From: a virus
Taxonomy: Duplodnaviria > Heunggongvirae > Uroviricota > Caudoviricetes
Reading direction: 5' to 3' (one strand)
Length of the DNA stretch: 31,137 bases
Virus record (IMG/VR): IMGVR_UViG_2565956719_000009
The translations under genes were made by a program, and so were the position numbers. Position 1 is the first letter of the stretch. The number at the start of each line of letters is the position of its first letter. Below, in pieces: positions 1 to 8,381 of the stretch. The notes under the pieces are model-generated. The model saw only the letters and a list, made by a program, of their open reading frames with translations. It did no database searches and was not told the origin of the DNA.

Positions 1-1131
1 TCAAATGACCAGTTTTTTCCATTCCTTACCGCGTGCGTCGTTGTAAATATCGGTCATTTTTTGATTCGAATGGCCTAGCAAAATTTTGGTATCAACCCCC
101 TGCTCTCTGAACAATCGCTCTGATAAAGATCTCTGCTCATGGAAAGAGGGTGGGGTGCCATTAGCACGCCAGTTGTAATCCACAGAATCCCGGGCTTTTT
201 TAAATGCAACGGTTAATGTTGCTGGCTTAACCATCCCACCGCGCTTAGCTGTCCCTTTCGCGTGATGGTGGTGCAATAGCCACGGACTAAGAACGCAATC
301 GCGGCAGGATGACACCACATCATCCAGGGTGAGATTTAATTTATCGCAACGTAGAGCCAGAGGGATGGCAATCCGGGTTCCTGTTTTTTGCTGTTCGACA
401 TGAAGATAACCATCCCGGATATCCGAAAATTGCATTTTGCAAATATCTGAAAGGCGCTGGCCTGTCATCAGTGCCAGCAGCATACCGCGCTGTAAAAAGT
501 AACCATCCTTTTCCGCTGCGTTATAAATCATCATCCACTCATCAAAAGTCAGTCGCTGTCTTGATATCCGCACCTGCGGTTTTTTTGCAGATTCTGCAGG
601 GTTAAAGCCTGGCGGGACATCGCCCGTTTGCTGAGCTTCCCGGAAAACATCGATCAGTATTTTCCTGAAAATTTGTCCCATTCTGTTATGTCCTCTGGCC
701 TTGTACTCTTCCAGTACTGATACCACATCTTTTACGGTTATGGCATCTAACGGTCTGGTGCCAAAACGTTCATCAAATACCCTGAGAGGGGCCGCTTTCT
801 GTTTCAGCGTGTTGAGTTTGATCTCGCCGTTTTCATATCTTTCCTGTTGAATTTTTCTGTAATTATTCAGAAAAATGGTAACGGTTGATGAACCGCCGGT
901 ATCACTAATAATTTTCTCCTGCAGACTGAGCATTTGTTCCATTTGCTGCCGGGCAAGACGGCTGTTCGCTTCTGCTGCAATAGTTTCTGCCAGTTTCTGG
1001 TCAATACTGCCGAGACCGTGATTTTTGCCTGTTATGGGATGCCTGTAACGCCAGTAAACTTTGTTATTTCTTTTGTCAAAATACGGAGATAATCCCGGAA
1101 CATCGGTTTTATATTTTCGCGGGCGCGCCAT
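1..1131 (-). CDS. int: Tyrosine-type site-specific recombinase, lambda Int-like phage integrase
   Basis: 376 aa; C-terminal tyrosine-recombinase region (..LLGHSNQKMTDIYNDARGKEW..) resembles lambda Int from memory; first gene of a lambda-ordered prophage; 3' end overlaps xis. Confidence 0.9.
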   Translation of the reverse strand: MARPRKYKTDVPGLSPYFDKRNNKVYWRYRHPITGKNHGLGSIDQKLAETIAAEANSRLARQQMEQMLSLQEKIISDTGGSSTVTIFLNNYRKIQQERYENGEIKLNTLKQKAAPLRVFDERFGTRPLDAITVKDVVSVLEEYKARGHNRMGQIFRKILIDVFREAQQTGDVPPGFNPAESAKKPQVRISRQRLTFDEWMMIYNAAEKDGYFLQRGMLLALMTGQRLSDICKMQFSDIRDGYLHVEQQKTGTRIAIPLALRCDKLNLTLDDVVSSCRDCVLSPWLLHHHHAKGTAKRGGMVKPATLTVAFKKARDSVDYNWRANGTPPSFHEQRSLSERLFREQGVDTKILLGHSNQKMTDIYNDARGKEWKKLVI

Positions 1132-1357
1132 CTTCCAGTATCCTCTTCAAAGCAGGGTGATCTGTGGCGATCACCTCCGGCTTGTTTACCATTCCGACAA
1201 AGCGAGCTTGCGGATCCACTCGCCAGCGTCTTCCAACTTTTTTGGGGAGAGGAAATATCATTCCGGCTTTAGCGTATTTACTTAACGTACTCGGAGTAGG
1301 GACCGGTTCACTGAACTCCTCTTTTGCCCACTCAGTGAGCAGAATAAGTCTTGCCAT
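1109..1357 (-). CDS. xis: Excisionase, lambda Xis-like
   Basis: 82 aa, directly upstream of and overlapping int by ~23 nt; LTEWAK..GMIFPLPKKVGRRWRV resembles lambda Xis (LQEWNAR..RIFPPPVKDGREY) from memory. Confidence 0.7.
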   Translation of the reverse strand: MARLILLTEWAKEEFSEPVPTPSTLSKYAKAGMIFPLPKKVGRRWRVDPQARFVGMVNKPEVIATDHPALKRILEDGAPAKI

Positions 1358-1421
1358 GAGCGTCGTTCGCTAATCATGGTCGCCGCCACTATAGCTGGTG
1401 GGCAACGACCGGGGTTGAACA

Positions 1422-3893
1422 TTAAAAATCAGCCTGATTCGGGATCAGTTTTTGCCAGATAGCTGAAACGTATTTTGCCTGGTAACGGGCATCATCCAGC
1501 GCATTGTGGCGCTCACCTTCGAATGGGATAGCAGTTCTGGCATCGAAGTCTACGGCTTTCCCCAGCTCAACGATTGTGCGTACATCGCGATCGTTGCAGT
1601 AGCGCCACGGGCAGGGGATACCCTGTCGTTCGTATGAACGGCGCAAAATCGTGTTGTCGAAGTTGGCCCCATTACCCCAGACCTGAACAAAAAACTCACC
1701 GGAGTTTTCGTCGATAAATTCCCGCAATTGCAGTAGTGCATCATCTAACGGGATTTCATCGGTCATAATGGCAGACTGCGCTTCACGTGATTGCTTCAGC
1801 CACCATTTAATGACGTCACGATCAATGACTCCGCCAGCAGTATCCAGATCGATGGTCTTGCTAAATTCTGGTCCCATATCTCCGGTTTGCGGATCGAAAA
1901 ATATTGCGCCTATTGAGATAATCGGGGCATCGGGATTTTTTCCCATGGTTTCAAGGTCGATCATCAGATGAATCCCCGCTCTGCTGGTGGATGTGAGATT
2001 ATGATGACTGTTCGCCTTAATTAAGGGATCTGACGCCTCGCCAGTTTCACTATCGCTGGCATGATGCTGATTGCCGCCAGTGTTCTCCTTGTGCTGATGT
2101 GCAGTACCTTCCATTTCCTCCGGATCATTTTCCTGAACTTCAGGCTGATTCTCTTCATCGAATATTTCCTGGTATGTTGCGTCGCCCATCACCGCGCCAC
2201 AATCAGGGCAGTTGCCGCCGCCGGTCTGACCGCAGGCGGTGCAGACTTTTTCCGGTTCCTGTTGCGCCACTGGTTCAGGCTGTTTCGTTTCTGGCTCGTT
2301 TTGTAACGCATTTGGGCTGTTTTGTTCCGCTTTCTGGTCGTTCTGTTCCGTTTCTTGCTGGTTCTGGTTCACAGAATCGCGGGTTTCAATCCCCTTCACC
2401 CATTTCGGATCATTCGGGTCGCTAATCCCTGCAACAAATTCACCACGTGATGCGGCGAGCAACTGATTGGCGTCAGGCTGGCTGATATTGGCTGCCTGCA
2501 TAATTTTCTTTACTTCGTCAGCGGTAACTTTTACCGGTTCTGGTTGTTCAGAATTTTGTGCGGTATTTGCATTTTGCGGTAAGCCTGTGTATGTGCCATT
2601 TTTTCGGGCAAAATATTCTTCTTTTGTGATTTCAGTAGCCCCGGCAGCCAGCGCCTTATCCAGACCAGAAAGTTTGTTTGCGCGACCGTATTTTTCGCAA
2701 TCCTTGTCGGTGAAGAAGAAGTAGAACGGCCCCTCACGCTCTACAGATGGTTCGACTTCCACTTTGCATTCGGTTTTTTCGTTGTCCGGAATTGCCGTTT
2801 CCACTGCATCAGTTTCTGGTACTGGCGACGAGAGAGTGTCAGTTGCGCTCTGATTTGTTCCTTCATCTTCAAACACGCCCTTTGTAGTCAGGTATTCAGT
2901 AATGTATTTGTTCAGTGCCACAGGGTCTTTGTGAATGTCGATCGGACGTTCACGGACAAGGCCAAAAATAGTCTGGCGGTCGTAGCGAAGGGCATCAGGC
3001 TGTTTGCGCATTGATGCCGAGATACGCTTCCAGTCTTCGCGGTCGTTGTCGATAACTTCATTTTTTGCCCAGCGATGGATGCTGCCGTCAATGTTTCCGG
3101 CATCCACATCACCAGGCCAGAGAGCGTAGGCCAGTTCGTCATCCAGTGTTTTCCATGTCTGCTTATATTCGCGACGAATGACTGCAGTGACAGGGGGGAT
3201 TTTTTCTGCTGAGTTTTCAGTGTGCTGTCGGTGGACTCTGGCGCGGGCGAGATCAACAACAGACGTGTATTTTCCGGTTTCCTTGCGTTCACCTTCGCGA
3301 CGTTTTTTCCAGATGCGCATCTCTGCCTGAATTTCGGGCCATTTGGCACCAGGCTTACATTTATGCTTAACCCACCCGATGGCATGCAGCTTAAGCTCCG
3401 GATACATGGCGTTAACTTCTGGCATTTTCATCAACGCTTCAACGATATGTCCGTCGAATGTTGCCATGTCTTCCTGCAACAATTCCTGCGCGCTAATCAC
3501 CATATCAACGGTGATGTTTTCACATGTGTCGAACTTAACCATGACAGCGTTCTGTACTTCAGGGGCCAGCTTGTCAAAAGCGACGTTCATCGGATCTGAT
3601 TCAGTCTCAACCGGGACAAAGGAAGTAGCCCCCTCATCCCAGCGGTTTTCCTGCATATATTCAGCATCCCATGAATCGAGGGCAGGGCGGGGTATACCGG
3701 GTTTATCCTCGCAAACAAGAAATTTATAAGCGCAGTCCTGAGCAGCCGGATAATGCTCCAGGAATTGCCAGTGAAATTTTGCGCGGGCGCGACGTTCATC
3801 ACCGGCTTCAATGGCAGTGGCTACAGCGACTGCACCTTCTTCCTTTATTGCCTGTTCGTCCGGAATGGCGGCGCAAATAAAGACTTTACTCAT
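1422..3893 (-). CDS. RecE-like exonuclease with a DnaQ/DEDDh-type 3'-5' exonuclease C-terminal domain
   Basis: 823 aa; central segment (AASRGEFVAGISDPNDPKWVKG..CTACGQTGGGNCPDCGAVMGD) matches the middle of Rac RecE as recalled; C-terminus (LMIDLETMG..HNALDDA..Y) has DEDDh exonuclease motifs instead of the RecE nuclease fold. Confidence 0.8.
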   Translation of the reverse strand: MSKVFICAAIPDEQAIKEEGAVAVATAIEAGDERRARAKFHWQFLEHYPAAQDCAYKFLVCEDKPGIPRPALDSWDAEYMQENRWDEGATSFVPVETESDPMNVAFDKLAPEVQNAVMVKFDTCENITVDMVISAQELLQEDMATFDGHIVEALMKMPEVNAMYPELKLHAIGWVKHKCKPGAKWPEIQAEMRIWKKRREGERKETGKYTSVVDLARARVHRQHTENSAEKIPPVTAVIRREYKQTWKTLDDELAYALWPGDVDAGNIDGSIHRWAKNEVIDNDREDWKRISASMRKQPDALRYDRQTIFGLVRERPIDIHKDPVALNKYITEYLTTKGVFEDEGTNQSATDTLSSPVPETDAVETAIPDNEKTECKVEVEPSVEREGPFYFFFTDKDCEKYGRANKLSGLDKALAAGATEITKEEYFARKNGTYTGLPQNANTAQNSEQPEPVKVTADEVKKIMQAANISQPDANQLLAASRGEFVAGISDPNDPKWVKGIETRDSVNQNQQETEQNDQKAEQNSPNALQNEPETKQPEPVAQQEPEKVCTACGQTGGGNCPDCGAVMGDATYQEIFDEENQPEVQENDPEEMEGTAHQHKENTGGNQHHASDSETGEASDPLIKANSHHNLTSTSRAGIHLMIDLETMGKNPDAPIISIGAIFFDPQTGDMGPEFSKTIDLDTAGGVIDRDVIKWWLKQSREAQSAIMTDEIPLDDALLQLREFIDENSGEFFVQVWGNGANFDNTILRRSYERQGIPCPWRYCNDRDVRTIVELGKAVDFDARTAIPFEGERHNALDDARYQAKYVSAIWQKLIPNQADF

Positions 3894-3985
3894 TTTGTTT
3901 TACCTCATTACAGATTTAAGGGTGAACAAATCCCTGCCATTGCTGGCATATAAGAATGAAATCGGATGTTTATTACGGAACTGTT

Positions 3986-4186
3986 TTAAAGACCTGCCGG
4001 GATTTCGCTATTATCCTGGTGAATAACTTTATCGACAGGGTAACAGTTACCGGGAATTTTCTGTTCGGTTGCTGCAGTCACACACTCCTGCATTGTCCTG
4101 TGAACACTGACTGCAATATCAACTGGCTCTCCGGAAACAAGAAAAACTGTCAGAACAAGTGCAAATGCTGTATTCATTGCCAGCAT
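3986..4186 (-). CDS. Hypothetical small protein with N-terminal hydrophobic/signal-like segment
   Basis: Track ORF 3986..4231; internal start MLAMNTAFALVLTVFLVSGEP gives a signal-peptide-like N-terminus; early-left operon position. No recognisable family. Confidence 0.3.
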   Translation of the reverse strand: MLAMNTAFALVLTVFLVSGEPVDIAVSVHRTMQECVTAATEQKIPGNCYPVDKVIHQDNSEIPAGL

Positions 4187-4467
4187 CCTTTTTGTATCGG
4201 ACGTAAACGGGCCAGCATTGAAAGAATGCATATTTTATTTAATAACTCCCGTTCGTGTTTTCTCTTGTTAATGGCATCTTCAGTAAATACAGGGTTACTG
4301 ATAGTGACACCAATTTCAAAACAACCTTCAGACGTATTAACGTTTGGTAATAACGTTTCCATTATCGCGTCCTCAACAATGAATTTTGTGATGCGGTGCC
4401 TGGTGCCTCCAGGTGACGTTAACCAGTTAACAATTAACGCCGGATACAGAGAATCCACCCATAACAC
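4174..4467 (-). CDS. Hypothetical early-left protein
   Basis: 97-aa ORF co-oriented with the early-left operon between the exonuclease and IS2; no recognisable motif. Confidence 0.3.
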   Translation of the reverse strand: MLWVDSLYPALIVNWLTSPGGTRHRITKFIVEDAIMETLLPNVNTSEGCFEIGVTISNPVFTEDAINKRKHERELLNKICILSMLARLRPIQKGCWQ

Positions 4468-4855
4468 TGTTTTTGGTTTTAACTGTTCCGCGTGCGCTTA
4501 GCCGCATTCACTGCATCACAAAATTCACTTTAAAAAGGGTGGCAGAGCAGTCACGGAGTAGAACTGATGCCACCAAAGACTACACATGGATATTGTGGCG
4601 GGGCTGTCACTTAAGCGTATGGTCAGCCTGACAACCCGGTGTCCTCAAGGGGAAGGAATAACCCCGCCATACTTACCGCCGCGCCATTTCGCGGATTGCC
4701 ACAACCGGAAGCGCACGGTCGAATTAAATTTAACGACAAAGTACAGAGAGACGAGCTTCTCCGTGTGCTTTCGCGTTATGCTCTGACTTTTCAGAGAAAT
4801 ATCCTTTCAGTAAACTGTCAGTGCCGGATGTTCACCCGTGTCCGTGGATTTGCCC

Positions 4856-5761
4856 CTATATTTCCAGACACCTGTTATCACTTAACCCATTACTGGCTTG
4901 CTGCCGTAGATATTCCCGTGGCGAGCGATAACCCAGTGCACTATGCGGATGCCATTCGTTATAATGCTCGAACGCCTCTGCAAGGTTCTTTGCTGCCGTT
5001 AACCCGTCTGGTTTGGGCATGACACTGATGTAGTCACGCTTTATCGTTTTCACGAAGCTCTCTGCTATGCCGTTACTCTCCGGACTCCGCACCGCCGTGC
5101 TCTTCGGTTCAAGCCCCAACATCCGGGCAAACTGCCGTGTTTCATTAGCCCGGTAGCATGAACCATTATCCGTCAGCCACTCTACTGGAGACGCCGGAAG
5201 CTCGTTGCCGAAGCGGCGTTCCACCGCTCCCAGCATGACGTCCTGTACTGTTTCACTGTTGAAGCCGCCCGTAGTGACCGCCCAGTGCAGTGCCTCACGG
5301 TCACAGCAGTCCAGCGCGAACGTGACTCGCAGTTTTTCTCCGTTATCACAGCGGAACTCGAACCCGTCAGAGCACCATCGCTGATTACTTTCTTTCACAG
5401 CCACTCTGCCTGTATGTGCCCGTTTCGATGGCGGTACAGCAGGTTTTCGCTCAAGCAACAGCGCATTCTGGCGCATGATCCGGTAAACACGTTTGGCATT
5501 GATCGCAGGCATACCATCAAGTTCTGCCTGTCTGCGAAGCAGCGCCCATACCCGACGATAACCATACGTGGGCAGCTCTCCGATAACATGGTGTATACGG
5601 AGAAGCACATCCGTATCATCAGTGTGACGACTGCGGCGGCCATCCATCCAGTCATCGGTTCGTCTGAGAATGACGTGCAACTGCGCACGCGACACCCGGA
5701 GACAACGGCTGACTAAGCTTACTCCCCATCCCCGGGCAATAAGGGCGCGTGCGCTATCCAC
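4856..5761 (-). CDS. insD: IS2 transposase OrfB (InsD)
   Basis: 301 aa, near-identical to IS2 InsD as recalled ([46 protein letters not shown]...). Confidence 0.9.
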
Positions 5762-6084
5762 TTTTTTGCCCGTCCATATTCAACGGCTTCTTTGAGGAGT
5801 TCATTTTCCATCGTTTTCTTGCCGAGCAGGCGCTGGAGTTCTTTAATCTGCTTCATGGCGGCAGCAAGTTCAGAGGCAGGAACAACCTGTTCTCCGGCGG
5901 CGACAGCAGTAAGACTTCCTTCCTGGTATTGCTTACGCCAGAGAAATAACTGGCTGGCTGCTACACCATGTTGCCGGGCAACGAGGGAGACCGTCATCCC
6001 TGGTTCAAAGCTCTGCTGAACAATTGCGATCTTTTCCTGTGTGGTACGCCGTCTGCGTTTCTCCGGTCCTAAGACATCAATCAT
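5719..6084 (-). CDS. insC: IS2 OrfA (InsC), HTH protein; fused to InsD by -1 frameshift
   Basis: Internal start [41 protein letters not shown]... matches IS2 InsC; overlaps insD; A6G slippery heptamer on the minus strand at ~5762-5768. Confidence 0.9.
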
Positions 6085-6247
6085 CTGCTCTCCAATGACT
6101 AGTCTAAAAACTAGTATTAAGACTATCACTTAAATAAGTGATATTGGTTGTCTGGTGATTCAGGGGGCCAGTCTAGTCCGGCGCACGCACTCCACTTCAC
6201 CCGTGGAGAACTCCTTAATTACCAACCTTAGCTTCGTTGGTTAGCTA

Positions 6248-6466
6248 TTAACGCGGGTATGTAATCATTCTGGCAATGCTTAATGCCGCTGCTTTTTCCA
6301 GATTGGTGATATCCTGCTCCAGAGCGGACAGATTTTCAGCCTGCTTAGCCCTGGCTTCATTGGCCCATTTCAGATCCTGCGCTGCATTAATTTTCTGGCG
6401 CATCCACTCATAAAGTTCATCATCGGTATAGTCTGGCGCGATGATGACGGGTTCTCGTTTCTGCAT
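6248..6466 (-). CDS. Hypothetical early-left protein
   Basis: 72-aa ORF co-oriented with the leftward early operon downstream of the pL-like region; charged/coiled-coil-like composition; no family recognised. Confidence 0.4.
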   Translation of the reverse strand: MQKREPVIIAPDYTDDELYEWMRQKINAAQDLKWANEARAKQAENLSALEQDITNLEKAAALSIARMITYPR

Positions 6467-6558
6467 GTCGGCTCCTTGTGGTTAGCGTTGCCTGCTTTTA
6501 ACCACGTCAGGCGAGGTGGTATCCTCTGAGGGGTCTGTTACTCGAGAGGAAATTGGTT

Positions 6559-6759
6559 ATGAGTACAATCAAGTTTTCTTGCCCAGAATGTGGTGGCGAA
6601 GTCTTTGACACATCCTTTAAGCCGCAGGGCTCTGACAGTTTCGCGGGAGCCATCTGCAAAAATTGTGGTCACCTTGTAACTGAAGATGAGTCCTCGCAGT
6701 TCGATGACGAAATCGTTGACAATATCTTCGGTGCACTCACCAGAGACTTTCTGAAGTAA
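6559..6759 (+). CDS. Small zinc-ribbon protein (CPECG..CKNCG)
   Basis: ATG at ~6559 preceded by GAGAGGA RBS; two CxxC pairs 30 residues apart followed by an acidic tail; opposite strand to the early-left operon, so it would need its own promoter. Confidence 0.4.
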   Translation: MSTIKFSCPECGGEVFDTSFKPQGSDSFAGAICKNCGHLVTEDESSQFDDEIVDNIFGALTRDFLK

Positions 6760-7083
6760 AGGCGCATACCGCTTAGTTACCGCTCTGATAATTCTTACCT
6801 GTCCGGCAATGGCGCTGATGTCAATATAAAGCGCCATTGCTGCTTCTTTGCCGATCCCGGGATGCCTTCCATTCTGATGTTTGACTTCGCCCACTGAGAA
6901 ATCCTCTGTTTCCCCTTAACGCCGGGGTAGCGGAACAAAAACCTGCTGCATAGTTATTAAAGTTGAACCCTGCCGTCATGTTCTTACGCCTCGGGCTGGC
7001 TACTTAACCCCTGACCACTGCCTGGTAACTCGAAGTATTGCCCTGCATTCTGTGGGGCGGGGTGGGTTGGTATGAAAAGAAGG

Positions 7084-7120
7084 ATACCCATAGGTATTTA
7101 AAAAGTAAATACCCATGGGT
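7084..7120. promoter_or_regulatory. Left operator cluster (OL-like) with candidate pL
   Basis: ATACCCATAGGTAT (7084-7097) and ACCCATGGGT (7111-7120, perfect palindrome) just downstream of the repressor gene; on the minus strand TTTACC-17 bp-TAAATA overlaps them. Confidence 0.45.
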
Positions 7121-7163
7121 AAATTTTTGCGGTGTCTTAACTGGTGACTAGTTGTTTGGTGAG

Positions 7164-7583
7164 CTATGATGCGTTTTGTGCTTTCTTTTTACGGATTTCT
7201 TCGTAGATCATATTGTAATACTGTTTTTTCTCTTCAAGAGTTTTTAATAATTTATCCGCTTCACTTTCTGGCAGTTCGTCTAAGAGATCTAAAAAAATAC
7301 GTTGTCGTGGCGTTAGAACCCTTGTTTCATAACTGGAGGCTGTGTTCGTTGATGATGAAACGATACCATCCATCCATCCCCGGGGTAACCCAAAGGACTC
7401 TTCGATAATCTCCACCATATCATCAGCGATCCGTTTTTTTCCCTTTTTCCCCTCTGGGTACAACATTCTTGATACATAAGAAGGCTCGCGCCCGATCTTT
7501 CTGGCCACGTTAACCGCTTTACCATCGCATTTCTCATCACGAATTTTGATGAGTTGCTGTCGTCTAAATTCATATTTGTCCAT
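7164..7583 (-). CDS. Prophage repressor, HTH DNA-binding (RacR/CI-like functional position)
   Basis: 139 aa; HTH-like segment KAVNVARKIGREPSYVSRML; divergent from the Cro-like gene; flanked on both sides by the same operator motif. Confidence 0.75.
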   Translation of the reverse strand: MDKYEFRRQQLIKIRDEKCDGKAVNVARKIGREPSYVSRMLYPEGKKGKKRIADDMVEIIEESFGLPRGWMDGIVSSSTNTASSYETRVLTPRQRIFLDLLDELPESEADKLLKTLEEKKQYYNMIYEEIRKKKAQNAS

Positions 7584-7618
7584 AGGTAAATAATAGATGC
7601 GATTACCGCAAGGTAAAC

Positions 7619-7661
7619 AACCTGTGGGTATTGACTTTTGTTTACCTGTGGGTATTCTTTG
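7619..7661. promoter_or_regulatory. Right operator cluster (OR-like) with candidate pR
   Basis: Two copies of ACCTGTGGGTAT (7620-7631, 7644-7655) bracket a TTGACT -35 (7631-7636) and TATTCT -10-like hexamer upstream of the Cro-like gene; a further CCATAGGTAAA site overlaps the repressor start. Confidence 0.45.
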
Positions 7662-7683
7662 CTGTGTTTACTAAGGAGTAGCT

Positions 7684-7965
7684 ATGGAAGAATTAAGAAT
7701 ATTTCTCAATTCTCTTTCGTCAGATGAACAGCGTATGTTTGCATGCGAGTGTGGTACCAGCATCGGTTATCTAAGAAAGGCATTGAGTAAAGGTCAAGTG
7801 TTAGGGGCATCGTTATGTGTCCTTATTGAGCGAGCCAGTAATGGTGAAGTTACACGTCAGCAACTAAGGCCTTTTGATTGGATGAATATTTGGCCCGAGC
7901 TGGAAGATACCAAAACGTTAACACAACCACTTTCTAGGAGCTTGATTCATGAAAATCAAGCATGA
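7684..7965 (+). CDS. Cro-like / YdaS-like HTH regulator
   Basis: 93 aa, first gene rightward of the operator region, divergent from the repressor; GAGGAG RBS; synteny with Rac racR-ydaS-ydaT. Confidence 0.65.
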   Translation: MEELRIFLNSLSSDEQRMFACECGTSIGYLRKALSKGQVLGASLCVLIERASNGEVTRQQLRPFDWMNIWPELEDTKTLTQPLSRSLIHENQA

Positions 7966-8374
7966 ACACATCCGCATGGCGATGAATGCCTGGGCGCGTC
8001 CTGATGGCGAAAAAGTTCCAGCAGCTGGAATAACCCAGGCTTATTTTGAGTTGGGTATGACGTTCCCGGAACTGTATGACGACAGCCATCCGGAAGCCCT
8101 GGCTCGCAATACCCAGAAAATTTTCCGCTGGGTAGAGAAAGACACCCCTGATGCTGTTAAAAAAATGCAGGCTCTGTTACCGGCGATCGAAAAGGCGATG
8201 CCGCCTTTGCTGGTGGCCCGTATGCGCAGCCACAGTTCTGAATATTACCGTGAGATCGTCGAACGGAGGGATCGGCTGGTGAAGGATGTCGATGATTTTG
8301 TTGCGTCAGCGGTTGTTTTGTATGACCAGATGAATCGCGGCGGCCCGGCAGGGAATGCTGTGGTGATGCACTAA
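7949..8374 (+). CDS. YdaT-like protein (CII-position regulator)
   Basis: 141 aa beginning MKIKHEHI..., overlapping the Cro-like gene end; positional and N-terminal resemblance to Rac YdaT as recalled. Confidence 0.55.
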   Translation: MKIKHEHIRMAMNAWARPDGEKVPAAGITQAYFELGMTFPELYDDSHPEALARNTQKIFRWVEKDTPDAVKKMQALLPAIEKAMPPLLVARMRSHSSEYYREIVERRDRLVKDVDDFVASAVVLYDQMNRGGPAGNAVVMH

Positions 8375-8381
8375 AAGCACG

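Larger units (their letters stand above)
4845..6175 (-). mobile_element. IS2 (IS3 family), complete 1331-bp copy with 5-bp target-site duplication GTCCG
   Basis: Terminal sequences TGGATTTGCCCCTATATTTCCAGACA (4845..) and reverse-complement of TAGACTGGCCCCCTGAATC (..6175) match IS2 ends as recalled; GTCCG at 4840-4844 and 6176-6180; encloses insC/insD. Confidence 0.9.

Noticed and set aside
1-60. attL core adjacent to int
   Set aside because: The int stop codon is at positions 1-3, so attachment-site sequence would lie upstream of the window and cannot be assessed.
2061-2724. Several 75-108-aa plus-strand ORFs inside the exonuclease gene
   Set aside because: Antisense to the RecE-like ORF; Cys/Phe/Ser-rich low-complexity translations.
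3956-4501. 181-aa plus-strand ORF downstream of the exonuclease
   Set aside because: Runs against the early-left operon, overlaps two minus-strand ORFs, has no RBS, and its translation is Cys/Asn-rich with no motif; the minus-strand ORFs were kept at low confidence instead.
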